Shown here: positions 41,339 through 50,666 of the stretch, one piece after another
Layout: each line of letters begins with the position of its first letter
Position numbering within the stretch: the stretch's first letter is position 1
From: Acidobacteriota bacterium
Lineage (GTDB): Bacteria; Acidobacteriota; Vicinamibacteria; Vicinamibacterales; 2-12-FULL-66-21
Reading direction: 5' to 3'
Length of the DNA stretch: 50,802 bases
NCBI GenBank assembly: GCA_046726015.1
Contig: JBKOZS010000143.1
Location: 1 to 50,802 of the forward strand
Made by a program: the position numbers and the translations under genes
The notes under the pieces: model-generated
The model's input: only the letters and a program-made list of their open reading frames with translations
Databases searched by the model: none
What the model was told of the DNA's origin: nothing

Positions 41339-42245
41339 CGAGGCCCTTCAAGTCCGGATAGCGCTCGACGAATTCCTCAGGGTACTCGCCGTCGAGCGGC
41401 TGTCCGAGCTTGTGCTTGATCGTGGCGGCATTGGCGACGGACTTCGCTGAAAAATGATTGTTCGTGTAGAGGTAGGCCTTCTTCACCTCGCGTGACGCCG
41501 CGTCCGCAGCCTCGACGATCGGCTCCAGTTCGTCCGCCGTGTAGAGATAGTTGTAGCGATCCTCCGACTTCTCATGGCGCCACCACTGCCCGGCGTTCCG
41601 GCCGTGCAGCCGCATGTAATAAAACGTCCGCACGTTGGGGAGCAGTGTCTGCCTGATCGAGACGCGGAACTTCGGCTCGTCGATTTGGACGAGCGCCGCG
41701 CCGAACTCGCCAAGCACCGACAGCGTGCCCGCGGGATCGTCGCTGAAGCTCCGGTGCCGCAGTTCCACAGCCAGCTGGTAGTCCTTGAACGCCGTCAGCA
41801 GCCATTCCAGATAAGCGCGGTTGTTCCCTTCGTTCTTGAAGCTCGCGGGAAATTGCGCGAGGAGCGCGCCAAGCTTGCCCGCTTCCGCGAGCGGGTCGAT
41901 CGCACGGCGGAATTCGTCGATGTCCCGGTCGCCGAGTGACAGCGCATCAGCGCCGGCCGCCTTCGCGAACATCTCCGGATGCGTGAACTTCTGATACAGC
42001 TTCAGTGAGAATTCGAAATTCGCCGGTGTGCGTTCGGCCCAACCCTTTGTGGCCGCTGGTTTCGGGACGCCGTAGAAGCTCGAGTTGATTTCAACGGTAT
42101 CGAAGTGCTCGGCGTAGAACGCGAGCTCGTCGAAGGCGCCCTTCTTCTTTTTGGACGCGCCGGCACGAACCGGATAGAAAATGCCGTTCCAGGTCCCTCG
42201 ACCCGACGGGTAGTTCCAGCCGGAAGTGCCGACCCTCACACTCAT
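41298..42245 (-). CDS. DUF72-family protein
   Basis: MSVRVGTSGWNY, FDTVEINSSFY, LAQFPASF, AVELRH, YMRLHGRN, RYNYLY and YTNNH. Start placed at ATG 42245. Confidence 0.9.
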   Translation of the reverse strand: MSVRVGTSGWNYPSGRGTWNGIFYPVRAGASKKKKGAFDELAFYAEHFDTVEINSSFYGVPKPAATKGWAERTPANFEFSLKLYQKFTHPEMFAKAAGADALSLGDRDIDEFRRAIDPLAEAGKLGALLAQFPASFKNEGNNRAYLEWLLTAFKDYQLAVELRHRSFSDDPAGTLSVLGEFGAALVQIDEPKFRVSIRQTLLPNVRTFYYMRLHGRNAGQWWRHEKSEDRYNYLYTADELEPIVEAADAASREVKKAYLYTNNHFSAKSVANAATIKHKLGQPLDGEYPEEFVERYPDLKGLVRILPPRPSDTLV

Positions 42246-42269
42246 TTGAGCTTTCCGTATTCGTGCTTG

Positions 42270-42341
42270 TCGAAGCCGAACGTGACCTTTGATCCGCGGA
42301 CCAGGATCGGCCGCTTGATCAGGTTTGGATTCTCCATCATC
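42270..42341. repeat. 72-bp direct repeat, copy A (orphan 3' end of the arsC-like gene)
   Basis: Matches 42461-42532 with 2 mismatches. On the minus strand 42340-42242 reads MMENPNLIKRPILVRGSKVTFGFDKHEYGKLK*. Confidence 0.95.
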
Positions 42342-42344
42342 TTT

Positions 42345-42444
42345 TGCCGGGGGGCTTCGCCCCGCCGGACCCCCCTGCACGCTCGCTCGCGGGGCCCCCG
42401 TGCCCCGCGCCGCTCGCGTGGCTCGCTCGCTATCGCTTGCTCGC
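42345..42444. mobile_element. GC-rich multi-hairpin repeat element between the two 72-bp copies
   Basis: GGGGGCTTCGCCCCGCCGGACCCCC, GCGGGGCCCCCGTGCCCCGC and a GCTCGCTCGC-rich tail. Only one copy is in the window, so mobility is inferred. Confidence 0.5.
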
Positions 42445-42768
42445 AATGTAGGCGTCGCGATCGAACCCGAACGTGACCTTCGATCCGCGGACCAGGATCG
42501 GCCGCTTGATCAGGTTTGGATTCTCCATCATCAGATCGATGGCTTCCTTCTTTGATTTCGGCAGCGGACGCTCCTTGAACACCGGACTGCGCGTACTTAC
42601 GAAGTCGAGGAAACGGTCGGCGTCGATGTGTTTTTCGAGAAACGCCCGGTCGGGAGGTGTCTTGTTGATGTCGATCTGTTCCACGTCGATCTTGTGCTCG
42701 TCCAGGAAACTCCTGGCGTTCTTGCAGGTCGTTCAGGTCGGCTTCGAGTAGAAGGTCGGCTTCGCCAT
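42430..42768 (-). CDS. ArsC/Spx/MgsR-family thioredoxin-fold protein, probable selenoprotein (UxxC)
   Basis: ATG at 42768 reads MAKPTFYSKPT-TGA-TTCKNARSFLDEHKIDVEQIDINKTPP...MMENPNLIKRPIL. The TGA (42735-42733) occupies the first Cys of CxxC. Confidence 0.85.
42461..42532. repeat. 72-bp direct repeat, copy B (within the arsC-like gene)
   Basis: Matches 42270-42341 at an offset of 191 nt. Confidence 0.95.
42702..42716 (-). promoter_or_regulatory. Putative bacterial SECIS hairpin
   Basis: CCAGGA-GTT-TCCTGG starts 16 nt after the UGA. Its apical loop begins with GU, 22 nt after the UGA. Confidence 0.6.
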
Positions 42769-42783
42769 TTTCGCATTCTAATG

Positions 42784-42881
42784 GACCTCGGACCTTCCGC
42801 CTTCGCCGCGAAGCGGGGTTCCAGCTTTGCGCTTCGCGCTCCGGTGGACAAGACGGCGGACAGGCGGACCTCGGACCTCGG
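42784..42881. repeat. GACCTCG heptamers flanking TCCGCCTTCGC/GGACAAG REP-like repeats in the arsC-queE spacer
   Basis: gacctcggacct tccgccttcgc ... tccagctttgcgcttcgcgctccggtggacaag ... gacctcggacctcgg. Confidence 0.6.
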
Positions 42882-42919
42882 CGCTCGCGCATCGCGTAAA
42901 ATAGCTGATTGGGACTCTG

Positions 42920-43561
42920 GTGCTGACCGTCAACGAGATCTTCCATTCGATCCAGGGGGAGTCGACCCACGCCGGGCGGCCGTGTGTGTTCGTACGCCTC
43001 ACCGCGTGCGATCTGCGCTGCTCGTGGTGCGATACGCCCTATGCCTTCTATGAGGGCCGGAAGATGGCCGTTGACGAGGTCGTCGCGAAAGTGCGCGATT
43101 ACGGCTGTGACGTGGTCGAGATCACCGGCGGCGAACCGCTGCTCCAGAAGGACGTGTATCCCTTGATGGAGCGCCTTCTCTCGGAAGGCCATACGGTTCT
43201 GCTCGAGACCGGCGGGCACATCAGCGTCGAACAGGTGCCGCAGGGTGTGTTCCGCGTCATTGACGTGAAGTGCCCGGGCAGCGGCGAAGCCCGCAAGATG
43301 CACTGGCCGAACCTCGATCACCTGCGCGCCACCGACGAAGTGAAGTTCGTGATCAAGGATCGCGAGGACTACGAGTTCGCAAAGCGCGTGGTCGACGAGC
43401 GTCAGCTGGTTGGCCGGTGCGCTGCCGTGCTTTTCTCACCCGTTCACGGCGTGCTGGACCCGAAGCAGCTCGCCGAGTGGATCCTCGCCGACAGGCTGCC
43501 CGTTCGGCTGCAGCTGCAGGCTCACAAGTACATCTGGGATCCGCAAACGCGCGGCGTTTAG
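42920..43561 (+). CDS. queE: 7-carboxy-7-deazaguanine synthase (radical SAM)
   Basis: Motifs [18 protein letters not shown] (CX3CX2C), TGGEPLLQ and QLQAHKYIW. Confidence 0.93.
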   Translation: MLTVNEIFHSIQGESTHAGRPCVFVRLTACDLRCSWCDTPYAFYEGRKMAVDEVVAKVRDYGCDVVEITGGEPLLQKDVYPLMERLLSEGHTVLLETGGHISVEQVPQGVFRVIDVKCPGSGEARKMHWPNLDHLRATDEVKFVIKDREDYEFAKRVVDERQLVGRCAAVLFSPVHGVLDPKQLAEWILADRLPVRLQLQAHKYIWDPQTRGV

Positions 43562-43572
43562 GCTCACGTCTC

Positions 43573-44274
43573 ATGGCTCAGGGCTCAGGGCCTCTCAACG
43601 CCGTCGTCCTGCTCAGTGGCGGGCTCGACTCGTATACGGCTGCCGCGATCGCGAAGGCCGACGGCTATCAGCTCTTTGCCCTGACCATCGGCTACGGGCA
43701 GGTGCACGCTCGTGAGATCGAGGCCGCGCGCGATGTGGCGAAGGCGCTTGGCGCCGCGCGACACCTGGAGCTCGATGTGCCGCTATCGAAGATGGGCGGA
43801 TCAGCGCTGGTTGGCGATGGCGCCATCCCGAAGGACCGTGCGCTCGACGGGAATGACATCCCGGTCACTTATGTGCCTGCGCGGAACACCGTCTTCCTGT
43901 CCCTCGCCCTCGCGTGGGCCGAAGTCGTAAACGCGGAAGCCATCGTCATCGGAGTGAACGCACTCGATTACTCGGGGTACCCGGACTGCCGGCCCGAATA
44001 TCTGCGCGCATTCGAGCGGCTGGCGTCGTTGGCCACCAAGGCCGGCGTCGAAGGCCGGCCGCTCCGTATCCTCGCGCCGCTCATCAATCTCTCGAAGGCG
44101 GAAATCATCCGCAAGGGGCTCGCGCTCCGCGTCGACTACGGGCTCACTCACAGTTGCTACGATCCGTTACCCGACGGTACGCCGTGCGGCCGCTGCGATA
44201 GCTGCGTGCTGCGGGCCCGCGGCTTTCGCGAAGCCGGCGCCGACGATCCAGCCCTCATGCGGAGACGCGCGTGA
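43573..44274 (+). CDS. queC: 7-cyano-7-deazaguanine synthase
   Basis: Motifs [25 protein letters not shown] and SCY...CGRCDSC. Confidence 0.96.
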   Translation: MAQGSGPLNAVVLLSGGLDSYTAAAIAKADGYQLFALTIGYGQVHAREIEAARDVAKALGAARHLELDVPLSKMGGSALVGDGAIPKDRALDGNDIPVTYVPARNTVFLSLALAWAEVVNAEAIVIGVNALDYSGYPDCRPEYLRAFERLASLATKAGVEGRPLRILAPLINLSKAEIIRKGLALRVDYGLTHSCYDPLPDGTPCGRCDSCVLRARGFREAGADDPALMRRRA

Positions 44275-45452
44275 CCGACCGGCTCTACTATCACGACCCT
44301 TATCTTCGCGAGTTCGACGCCACGCTCCTCGATACGGTTTCGCACGAGGGGCAGACCGCGCTCGTCCTGGATCGGACGGCCTTTTATCCGACGTCGGGTG
44401 GTCAGCCTCATGACGTGGGCGCATTCCACGACGTCCGTGTTCTCGATGTCGTCGACACGGACGAGAAAGGCATCCTGCACATCGTCGACCGCGCGCCGTC
44501 GACGACGCGCCTGCATGGGACGATCGACTGGACCCGGCGGTTCGACCACATGCAGCAGCACACCGGTCAGCACGTGCTCTCTGCCGCATTCGATCGCCTG
44601 CTCGGTGTGCGCACCGAGAGCTTCCACCTGGGTACCGAGTACTCGACGATCGATCTTGCCCGCGACGTGACGGCGAATGAGGTCACACGCGCCGAACAGG
44701 AGGCAAACCGGATCGTGTGGGAGGATCGGCCGGTCGCGATCCGATTCGCGTCGTCGGACGAAGCCTCGTCACTCGGACTGCGCAAGGAATCCAGGCGGGA
44801 AGGGACGCTGCGCCTGATCGATATCGAAGGCTTCGATCTCTCAGCCTGCGGCGGCACGCATGTCTCGCGCACGGGAGCGATCGGCCTGATCGCCGTTGCT
44901 GCGACCGAGCGATTCAAGGGGGGATCGCGCGTGACGTTTCTCTGCGGCGGACGCGCGCTGGACGGCTTCCGTTCGCTTCGCGACATCGTTGCCGCCAGCG
45001 TGCGCGCAGTGTCTGTCGTGCCGCCGGAACTGCCGGCCGCGATTGAAAAGCTGCAGGGGGACGCGAAGGAGCTCCGGCGTCAGATCAAGGATTTCCAGGG
45101 GAAGCTGGCGTCGCAGGAGGCGGACACGCTGGCGGACGCTGCCGCCCCGCTTGGCTCGATGAAGCTGGTGACGGCGACGTTACCGGGCTGGGATGTCCTG
45201 GCCATCAAGACCGTCGCATCACGCATTACCGAACGTCCGGGTCATGTGGCAGCGCTGCTGTCCGAACCTGCACCTTCCGCGATCGTGATTGCCAGATCGG
45301 CAGATCTCAGCGTGGACTCGGGCGCCATCCTGAAGGCGTTGATCGCCAGACATGGCGGCAAGGGAGGCGGCCGCGCCGAGCTCGCGCAGGGAGGGGGAAT
45401 CACCGCGCCCGCGGCGGATGTGCTGCGATCGATCAGGGAGCTTCTAGAATAA
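44271..45452 (+). CDS. Alanyl-tRNA editing protein (AlaX-L) with DHHA1 domain
   Basis: Motifs [29 protein letters not shown] and C-terminal GGKGGG. Confidence 0.9.
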   Translation: MTDRLYYHDPYLREFDATLLDTVSHEGQTALVLDRTAFYPTSGGQPHDVGAFHDVRVLDVVDTDEKGILHIVDRAPSTTRLHGTIDWTRRFDHMQQHTGQHVLSAAFDRLLGVRTESFHLGTEYSTIDLARDVTANEVTRAEQEANRIVWEDRPVAIRFASSDEASSLGLRKESRREGTLRLIDIEGFDLSACGGTHVSRTGAIGLIAVAATERFKGGSRVTFLCGGRALDGFRSLRDIVAASVRAVSVVPPELPAAIEKLQGDAKELRRQIKDFQGKLASQEADTLADAAAPLGSMKLVTATLPGWDVLAIKTVASRITERPGHVAALLSEPAPSAIVIARSADLSVDSGAILKALIARHGGKGGGRAELAQGGGITAPAADVLRSIRELLE

Positions 45453-45456
45453 CCAC

Positions 45457-46266
45457 GTGTGGCGCTTCGTCGCATTGTTCCTGGCGCTCCTCGCCGGCGT
45501 CGCCGCAACGGTGTGGTATTACCGCACCCCTGACGTACGCGGCGTCGCCCGCGTCCGCAACGACGATCGCTGGATCGATGATCTTCAGAGCCGGGCCCCG
45601 AAAGACGCGGAAAGAGCGGCAGCCGAGCTCGAGCAGCGAGGGACGGCCGCGCTCCCGGTCATCCGCAAAACGCTCCAGGATCCCGGCGCTGATCCGCTGC
45701 GCCGCAAGGCTGCACTGAAGGCGTCCGGCCTCCTTGGTCCACGCGCTGCCGAAGCGATTCCCGATGTCGCAGCGCTGCTCGACGATTCCGACTACACACC
45801 CGAAGCCGCGTTGGCCCTGAGCTTCATGGGTTCTGCCGCGGTCGCTCCGCTGAACGAGGCATCCCGTTCGGAAGACCCGAACGTGCGGCGCGAAGCGCTG
45901 CGTTCCCTTGGCAAGCTTCGCGAACGCGCATCAATCGATCCCCAAATCGTCGTTCCGCGCCTTCTCGAGGCGCTCGACGACGTCGACCCATCGGTCCGTC
46001 ACGTCGCCGTGACTTACCTCGGGATCGTCCGCGACCGTCCGGAAGTGGAGGTCGCGGGGCTCATCAAGGCGCTGGACGATGAAGAAGCCGACGTTCGGCA
46101 GGCAGCGGCCGTCGCTCTGGCCGAGTACGGTGCGCTGGCCGAACCCGCAGTGCCGGCGCTGAGGAAGGCGGCGAGGGATCCCGACGAAGACGTCCGGCGC
46201 GAAGCCGGGCGAGCGCTCGTGACCATCGCGGAAAAGAAAAAGGCGGCGGTGGCTAGCGGCGGGTGA
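45457..46266 (+). CDS. Membrane-anchored HEAT-repeat protein
   Basis: N-terminal TM segment and repeats of the form L..D.D..VR..AA.ALG. Confidence 0.85.
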   Translation: MWRFVALFLALLAGVAATVWYYRTPDVRGVARVRNDDRWIDDLQSRAPKDAERAAAELEQRGTAALPVIRKTLQDPGADPLRRKAALKASGLLGPRAAEAIPDVAALLDDSDYTPEAALALSFMGSAAVAPLNEASRSEDPNVRREALRSLGKLRERASIDPQIVVPRLLEALDDVDPSVRHVAVTYLGIVRDRPEVEVAGLIKALDDEEADVRQAAAVALAEYGALAEPAVPALRKAARDPDEDVRREAGRALVTIAEKKKAAVASGG

Positions 46267-47761
46267 AATTCGCCAAGGTCTCGACGGCGAGATCCGAGAT
46301 CCAGTTCACGGTGGTCGCGGGAATCGTGAAACTGTTGGCCACGATCGAGAACGCCAGCGTCTCGCCATCCCGCGTGCGCACGTAACCGGACAGGCTGCGC
46401 ACGTTCGCAATCGATCCTGTTTTCGCGATCGCGTTTCCTTCCGCGCGCGTCTTTTTCATCCGCGACACGATCGTCCCCTCTTTTCCGGCAACCGGCAGCG
46501 ACGCGACGAACGCGTCCTTGTGCCGCGGGTCCGCGTGCATGCGTTCGAGGATGGTGACAATGAGGTTCGCGGTGAGGTAGTCGTAGCGCGACAACCCGGA
46601 GCCGTCATATTGGACGTAAGTGCTCTGCGGGACGCCCCACGATGAGAGCAGCGTGCGCGTGGCGATGCGGCCGCCTTCGGTCGTGCCGAGTCCACCCTTT
46701 GCCGCACCTGCAGCCTTCAACAGCGTTTCCGCGTACAGGTTCTGGCTGACCTTCATCAGCACCGTGGCAATCTCGCGGAGGGGCGGCGACTGCGACTGCA
46801 CGAGCACGCGGCGTGTATCTGGGGCGGGCAGATCGAGCCGGTCGTCGCCGTCGACTGCGTCTGCGGTCACGTCGATCCCGCGCGCGACCAGCGCGTCTTT
46901 CAGCGACTGCGCGAAATACAGCGTTGGATTGACGACGGCGACGTCGCGCGTCGTCGGCTGAGCATCGACCGCAACGCTGCCGGTCACCGTCAGGATGGGA
47001 ACGTCGACCCGCCGCTCGAAATCAATCGTGGCCGCCGATTGTGCGGCCGCCGTGTAGGCATGATTGACAACCTGGAGGCCGGACCCGGGCGCGAGATCGA
47101 GCAGGACCGGATCTCCTTCCTTGGCCCCCGGACGCACGGTCAGGCCAGCGACGTTTTCATTGAATTCGAGCGCGCCGACTGGCGCCGCATAGCCGTACTG
47201 GAGATAGTCCCAGGACCATCCTGCGCCAAGCCCCTGTTCGTCGAACGCGTTGTCGTCGCCGACGATGGCGCCATCGATGCGGGTAATGCCGGCCGATTTC
47301 AGGGCGTTCGCCCACTCGTCGAGCACGAGCGCCGCACGTCTGTTTCTCGTATTGATCGTCGGATCTCCCGAGCCGCGGACGATCAGATCCCCCTTCAAGA
47401 CGCCGTTCTCGATCGCGCCCGCCGTCTCGAGTGTCGTTGTAAAGGAGTAGTCCCAGCCGAGCGTTTCAGCAGCGGTGGCCAGCGTCAGGATCTTCATGTT
47501 CGACGCCGGCATCACGAGCGTGCGCGCGTTGTGCTCGAAGAGCACTTTTCCGGAGTCAAGCGACCGTACCTCGACGCCCCAGATGGCCTGGTTCATGACC
47601 GGGGCGCCAAAGACACGTGCGAGATCGGCGGCGAGTTCCCGCTCAGCCCGTGGATTGGTGGTGGGGCCTTTGTGCGTAGCACAAGCCGTGGAGGTCAGGA
47701 GCACCGCGAATAAGCCGGGTCTGAAGACCCGGCCTGCAACGCGTCGCTTGGTCGCTGCCAT
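46253..47761 (-). CDS. dacB: D-Ala-D-Ala carboxypeptidase/endopeptidase (PBP4, peptidase S13), probable lipoprotein
   Basis: PASNMK (SxxK), GSGDP, SQN (SxN), DGSGLSR and AKTG. Lipobox-like LLTSTAC. Confidence 0.93.
   Translation of the reverse strand: MAATKRRVAGRVFRPGLFAVLLTSTACATHKGPTTNPRAERELAADLARVFGAPVMNQAIWGVEVRSLDSGKVLFEHNARTLVMPASNMKILTLATAAETLGWDYSFTTTLETAGAIENGVLKGDLIVRGSGDPTINTRNRRAALVLDEWANALKSAGITRIDGAIVGDDNAFDEQGLGAGWSWDYLQYGYAAPVGALEFNENVAGLTVRPGAKEGDPVLLDLAPGSGLQVVNHAYTAAAQSAATIDFERRVDVPILTVTGSVAVDAQPTTRDVAVVNPTLYFAQSLKDALVARGIDVTADAVDGDDRLDLPAPDTRRVLVQSQSPPLREIATVLMKVSQNLYAETLLKAAGAAKGGLGTTEGGRIATRTLLSSWGVPQSTYVQYDGSGLSRYDYLTANLIVTILERMHADPRHKDAFVASLPVAGKEGTIVSRMKKTRAEGNAIAKTGSIANVRSLSGYVRTRDGETLAFSIVANSFTIPATTVNWISDLAVETLANFTRR
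47714..47737. repeat. REP-like palindrome inside the dacB 5' end
   Basis: The minus strand reads GCAG-GCCGGGTCT-TC-AGACCCGGC, a 9-bp perfect stem. Confidence 0.65.
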
Positions 47762-47765
47762 CGCG

Positions 47766-49070
47766 CTATTTCAGCGCGTCCAGGGCCTTGCCGAACCCGT
47801 CGAGGGTGGCGGTGTCGATCTTCGCCGCGCCGTTGTCGCCATCGCGGCGCGCGAAAGCGTCCGATCCCTGGCGCCCGAACGCGACGCGTTCCTCTTTCTT
47901 GCCGTCCTCGTATTTGATCGTGACGGTGAGTTCCGGCTTATCGAGCGCGGTGGTCTTCTCGACGAACCCTGTGGCGCGCGCGCCGGTCAAGGAGGAGAGC
48001 AGTGCGTCCACTTTCGTCGCGTCCGCATCCTTTGCCGCGGGCGCGACCTGCTTCCACTTGTCGCCCGCCTTCTCGAACGCGAGCGTCTGGCCGTTGCGGA
48101 TCGCTTCGACGCGTGTCGTGTTGAACGCCCGCGCATCGAAGATGTCCTTGACCCGGAACTCGTCGGCCGGCTTCTTCAGCTCGTCGACCAGCGCGGATTC
48201 AACGGTGAACACGATCGGCCGCGAGAGATCCTTCGCGTAGAACGTATTGTTGTCGGCGGCCTTGCCGATGACCAGCCCAGCCTGCGAGCTGCCGGATCCG
48301 AGGCGGACCGTAACTGACGGCTTGTCGAGGCCGTACTGCTTCAGATCCTTCGGTTCAGCGGCGGCAATCGTTTTCATCTGCGCCGTGTTGATACGGCCGA
48401 TGAGCCCGTCGATGGCACTCAGGTCCGCACGTGCATCGACCGGTGACTTGATGCGCCAGTCGGACCCGCTCTTCGCAAGCTTCACGGATTGAACGCCAGA
48501 CGTGAGGTCGACCGAACCGATCTTGTCGCGGTCGATCTTCACGATGCTCTTGTCGCGAAGATCGAACGGCGATTTGTTGAAGGTGGAATCGAGGTACGAC
48601 GAAATGAGGAATACGCGCGGCTTGTCCGGCAGCTTCGCGTACAGGTCGGTTCCCGAGGGCGTCTTCTGCCCGACGAGCAGCCGATGGTCCTGTCCACCAG
48701 CCTTGAATGTCAGGTCGAGCCGCGGCGGATCGAGGCCGTACTGCTTGAAGTCGGTGGCCTGCTCGTCGACGACGCGCTGCACTTCGAGCGACGCGAGGTT
48801 CGACGTGATGCCGGACAGTTCCCCCGGATCCGCCTCGACGGCGACCGGCTGCGTCAACTGCCATATGTCCGACTTCTTTTCGACGGTGGAGGTCTCACCT
48901 TTCTCGGATTTCACCGTGACGCGTTCGATCTTGTCCGACTCGACGCCGGCGAAGACTTTCTCGTTCTTCTTTCCATCGCCCGGCTCACGCTTCGATTCAA
49001 CGAAGTACAAATAGGCGCCGAGACCGGCAGCGATCAGGACCAGGACCAGTACGGATCGGAGGCCGCGCAT
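47766..49070 (-). CDS. DUF4340-domain membrane-anchored protein
   Basis: N-terminal TM segment and repeated W...P...AD, YGLD.P and LR.K modules. Confidence 0.85.
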   Translation of the reverse strand: MRGLRSVLVLVLIAAGLGAYLYFVESKREPGDGKKNEKVFAGVESDKIERVTVKSEKGETSTVEKKSDIWQLTQPVAVEADPGELSGITSNLASLEVQRVVDEQATDFKQYGLDPPRLDLTFKAGGQDHRLLVGQKTPSGTDLYAKLPDKPRVFLISSYLDSTFNKSPFDLRDKSIVKIDRDKIGSVDLTSGVQSVKLAKSGSDWRIKSPVDARADLSAIDGLIGRINTAQMKTIAAAEPKDLKQYGLDKPSVTVRLGSGSSQAGLVIGKAADNNTFYAKDLSRPIVFTVESALVDELKKPADEFRVKDIFDARAFNTTRVEAIRNGQTLAFEKAGDKWKQVAPAAKDADATKVDALLSSLTGARATGFVEKTTALDKPELTVTIKYEDGKKEERVAFGRQGSDAFARRDGDNGAAKIDTATLDGFGKALDALK

Positions 49071-49071
49071 G

Positions 49072-50664
49072 CTAGCGCCTCCGCCACCAGGTCTGCACGC
49101 CCGCGAGCAGGATCAGGCCCGGGACGATCAGCACGGTCAGGTAGAAGATGAGCCGCGCCTTATCTGCCGTCATCGTGACGCGGCGGTCTTCGGGATCGCG
49201 CGGCCGGATGGCAATCAGGTTTTCCTGTTGCGCGAGCCAGTTCACCGCGTTCAGGAACAGGTCGCGATTGCCCGAGACGCCGAGCGCGGCATTGCTCGCG
49301 AAATCCGAGTCGCCGAACACGACCAGCCGCGTCTCAGGCTTCCTGGCATTCGGTTCCTCCATGTTCGGCTCCGTCTTGGGTTCCGGTTTTTGCGCCTCGG
49401 CGATTGGTGCGGAGACCGCCGCCGCAAGCGCCACCGGCCCGCGCTTATCCGCATCGTCCGCCTTGGCCGGCTGGCCGCTGGTCAGTCCCTTGATGTCCGT
49501 TTCGGCCCAGCTGCTCGGCCCCGTTTCGACGATGGATTGCGCATTGCGGCCGTTCACGCCGCCTTCCACCGGCGAGACCGAGCGGGCAAGCGGAAACGCG
49601 GTCAGCATGCGGAAGTTGTCGGTGATCGGGTGCGGTGGATAGCTGGCCGCGACCGGTGTCGATTCGCCGGCGCCGAACAACTGACCCATGCCGCTGACGT
49701 CGAGCACGACGTCGTTCCCGACGTTGATCGCCCAGTCTTTCGCCAGCGCCTCGAGCGCGGTGAGCCGGGGCTGATCCGGCTTGAGCACCGGGTCGAGCAT
49801 CAGCATCACCTTGCCGCCGCGCGTCAGGTACGCCTTGAGCGCATCCATTTCGGGTGGCAGCAGGTCCGTCTTCGGTCCCGCGATGATGACCACGTCGGCG
49901 TCGGTCGGCACGGCGGTGTGCTGTGCCAGCACCAGCTTGTCAGTGACGAAGTTGCTCGAGGTGAGCGCGGTGTTGATCGCGTTGTAGCCGCTTCGCTCGG
50001 AGCTGACCGTGTCCTTCTCGCCGTGACCCTGGACGAAGTACACCTTGGGCTGCCGTCCCTGGATCACCTTGATCAGCGCGTTCGTGAGCTCCTGTTCCCC
50101 TTCGGACGTCACCTTCTCCTGGCGTCCCTTGTACTCCAACACCACCGTGCCGGAGCTCGTGATGCCGTACTGCTGCGCGGCAACCGGCGTCTTCTCCGGG
50201 TCGATGTACTCGACCGACACCTGCTTGCTCGCATACGTGTACTCGTCGAGACGATCGCGGAACCGTTCGAACTCGTTGCTCAGCGCGAACACTTTGAGCC
50301 GCACGGGCTCCTTCAGATCCCCGAGCACTTTGCGCGTTTGCTCCGACAGCGAGAACTGCTTGGCGGCCGTCAGGTCCCAGCGCTTGTTGTGTCGCGCACC
50401 GAGGTAGTTGATGGCGGCGAGGATGCCGAGCACGAGGAGGATGCTGGCCGCGGCGAGGGTGCCGAATCGTGCCTGCCGGCCGGCGAACGCCTGGCCGATC
50501 TCGCGCCATTGGCTGAGGATGTAGAGCAGCGTGCACACGAGACCCGCGATCGCGAGCGCGTTGTAGTACTGCTGCCATTCGGGTTTCGTAAAACGGATCG
50601 CCACCGCCGTGAAGACGAGGACGACGCCGAGCCACCCGAGCAAGCCGAGGATGCGTTTCAACAT
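49072..50664 (-). CDS. GldG-family ABC transporter auxiliary protein
   Basis: Motifs RWDLT..KQFSLSEQT, YFVQGHGE, IIAGP, VVFGDSDF and GNRDLFLNAVNWL, plus a C-terminal TM segment ending WWRRR. Confidence 0.88.
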   Translation of the reverse strand: MLKRILGLLGWLGVVLVFTAVAIRFTKPEWQQYYNALAIAGLVCTLLYILSQWREIGQAFAGRQARFGTLAAASILLVLGILAAINYLGARHNKRWDLTAAKQFSLSEQTRKVLGDLKEPVRLKVFALSNEFERFRDRLDEYTYASKQVSVEYIDPEKTPVAAQQYGITSSGTVVLEYKGRQEKVTSEGEQELTNALIKVIQGRQPKVYFVQGHGEKDTVSSERSGYNAINTALTSSNFVTDKLVLAQHTAVPTDADVVIIAGPKTDLLPPEMDALKAYLTRGGKVMLMLDPVLKPDQPRLTALEALAKDWAINVGNDVVLDVSGMGQLFGAGESTPVAASYPPHPITDNFRMLTAFPLARSVSPVEGGVNGRNAQSIVETGPSSWAETDIKGLTSGQPAKADDADKRGPVALAAAVSAPIAEAQKPEPKTEPNMEEPNARKPETRLVVFGDSDFASNAALGVSGNRDLFLNAVNWLAQQENLIAIRPRDPEDRRVTMTADKARLIFYLTVLIVPGLILLAGVQTWWRRR

Positions 50665-50666
50665 CG

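Noticed and set aside
42270-42532. Template/variable repeat pair of a diversity-generating retroelement
   Set aside because: There are only two mismatches, both synonymous and not consistently at adenines, and no reverse transcriptase is in the window.
42811-42905. Possible preQ1 riboswitch upstream of queE (GGGGTTCCAGCT resembles the preQ1-I loop)
   Set aside because: No adjacent A-rich tail follows the stem, the segment is part of a REP-like repeat, and it lies upstream of the likely -10 (TAAAAT 42897). An Infernal/Rfam scan would settle it.
42242-43321. 359-aa minus-strand ORF ending in an ArsC-like tail
   Set aside because: It is mostly antisense to queE and out of frame with the real arsC-like gene. 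Only the last 32 codons are the duplicated gene end.
42920-44274. queE-queC as a 7-deazaguanine DNA-modification (Dpd) or QatABCD defence system
   Set aside because: No dpdA, qat or other defence genes are nearby, and canonical queA in the window points to ordinary tRNA queuosine synthesis.
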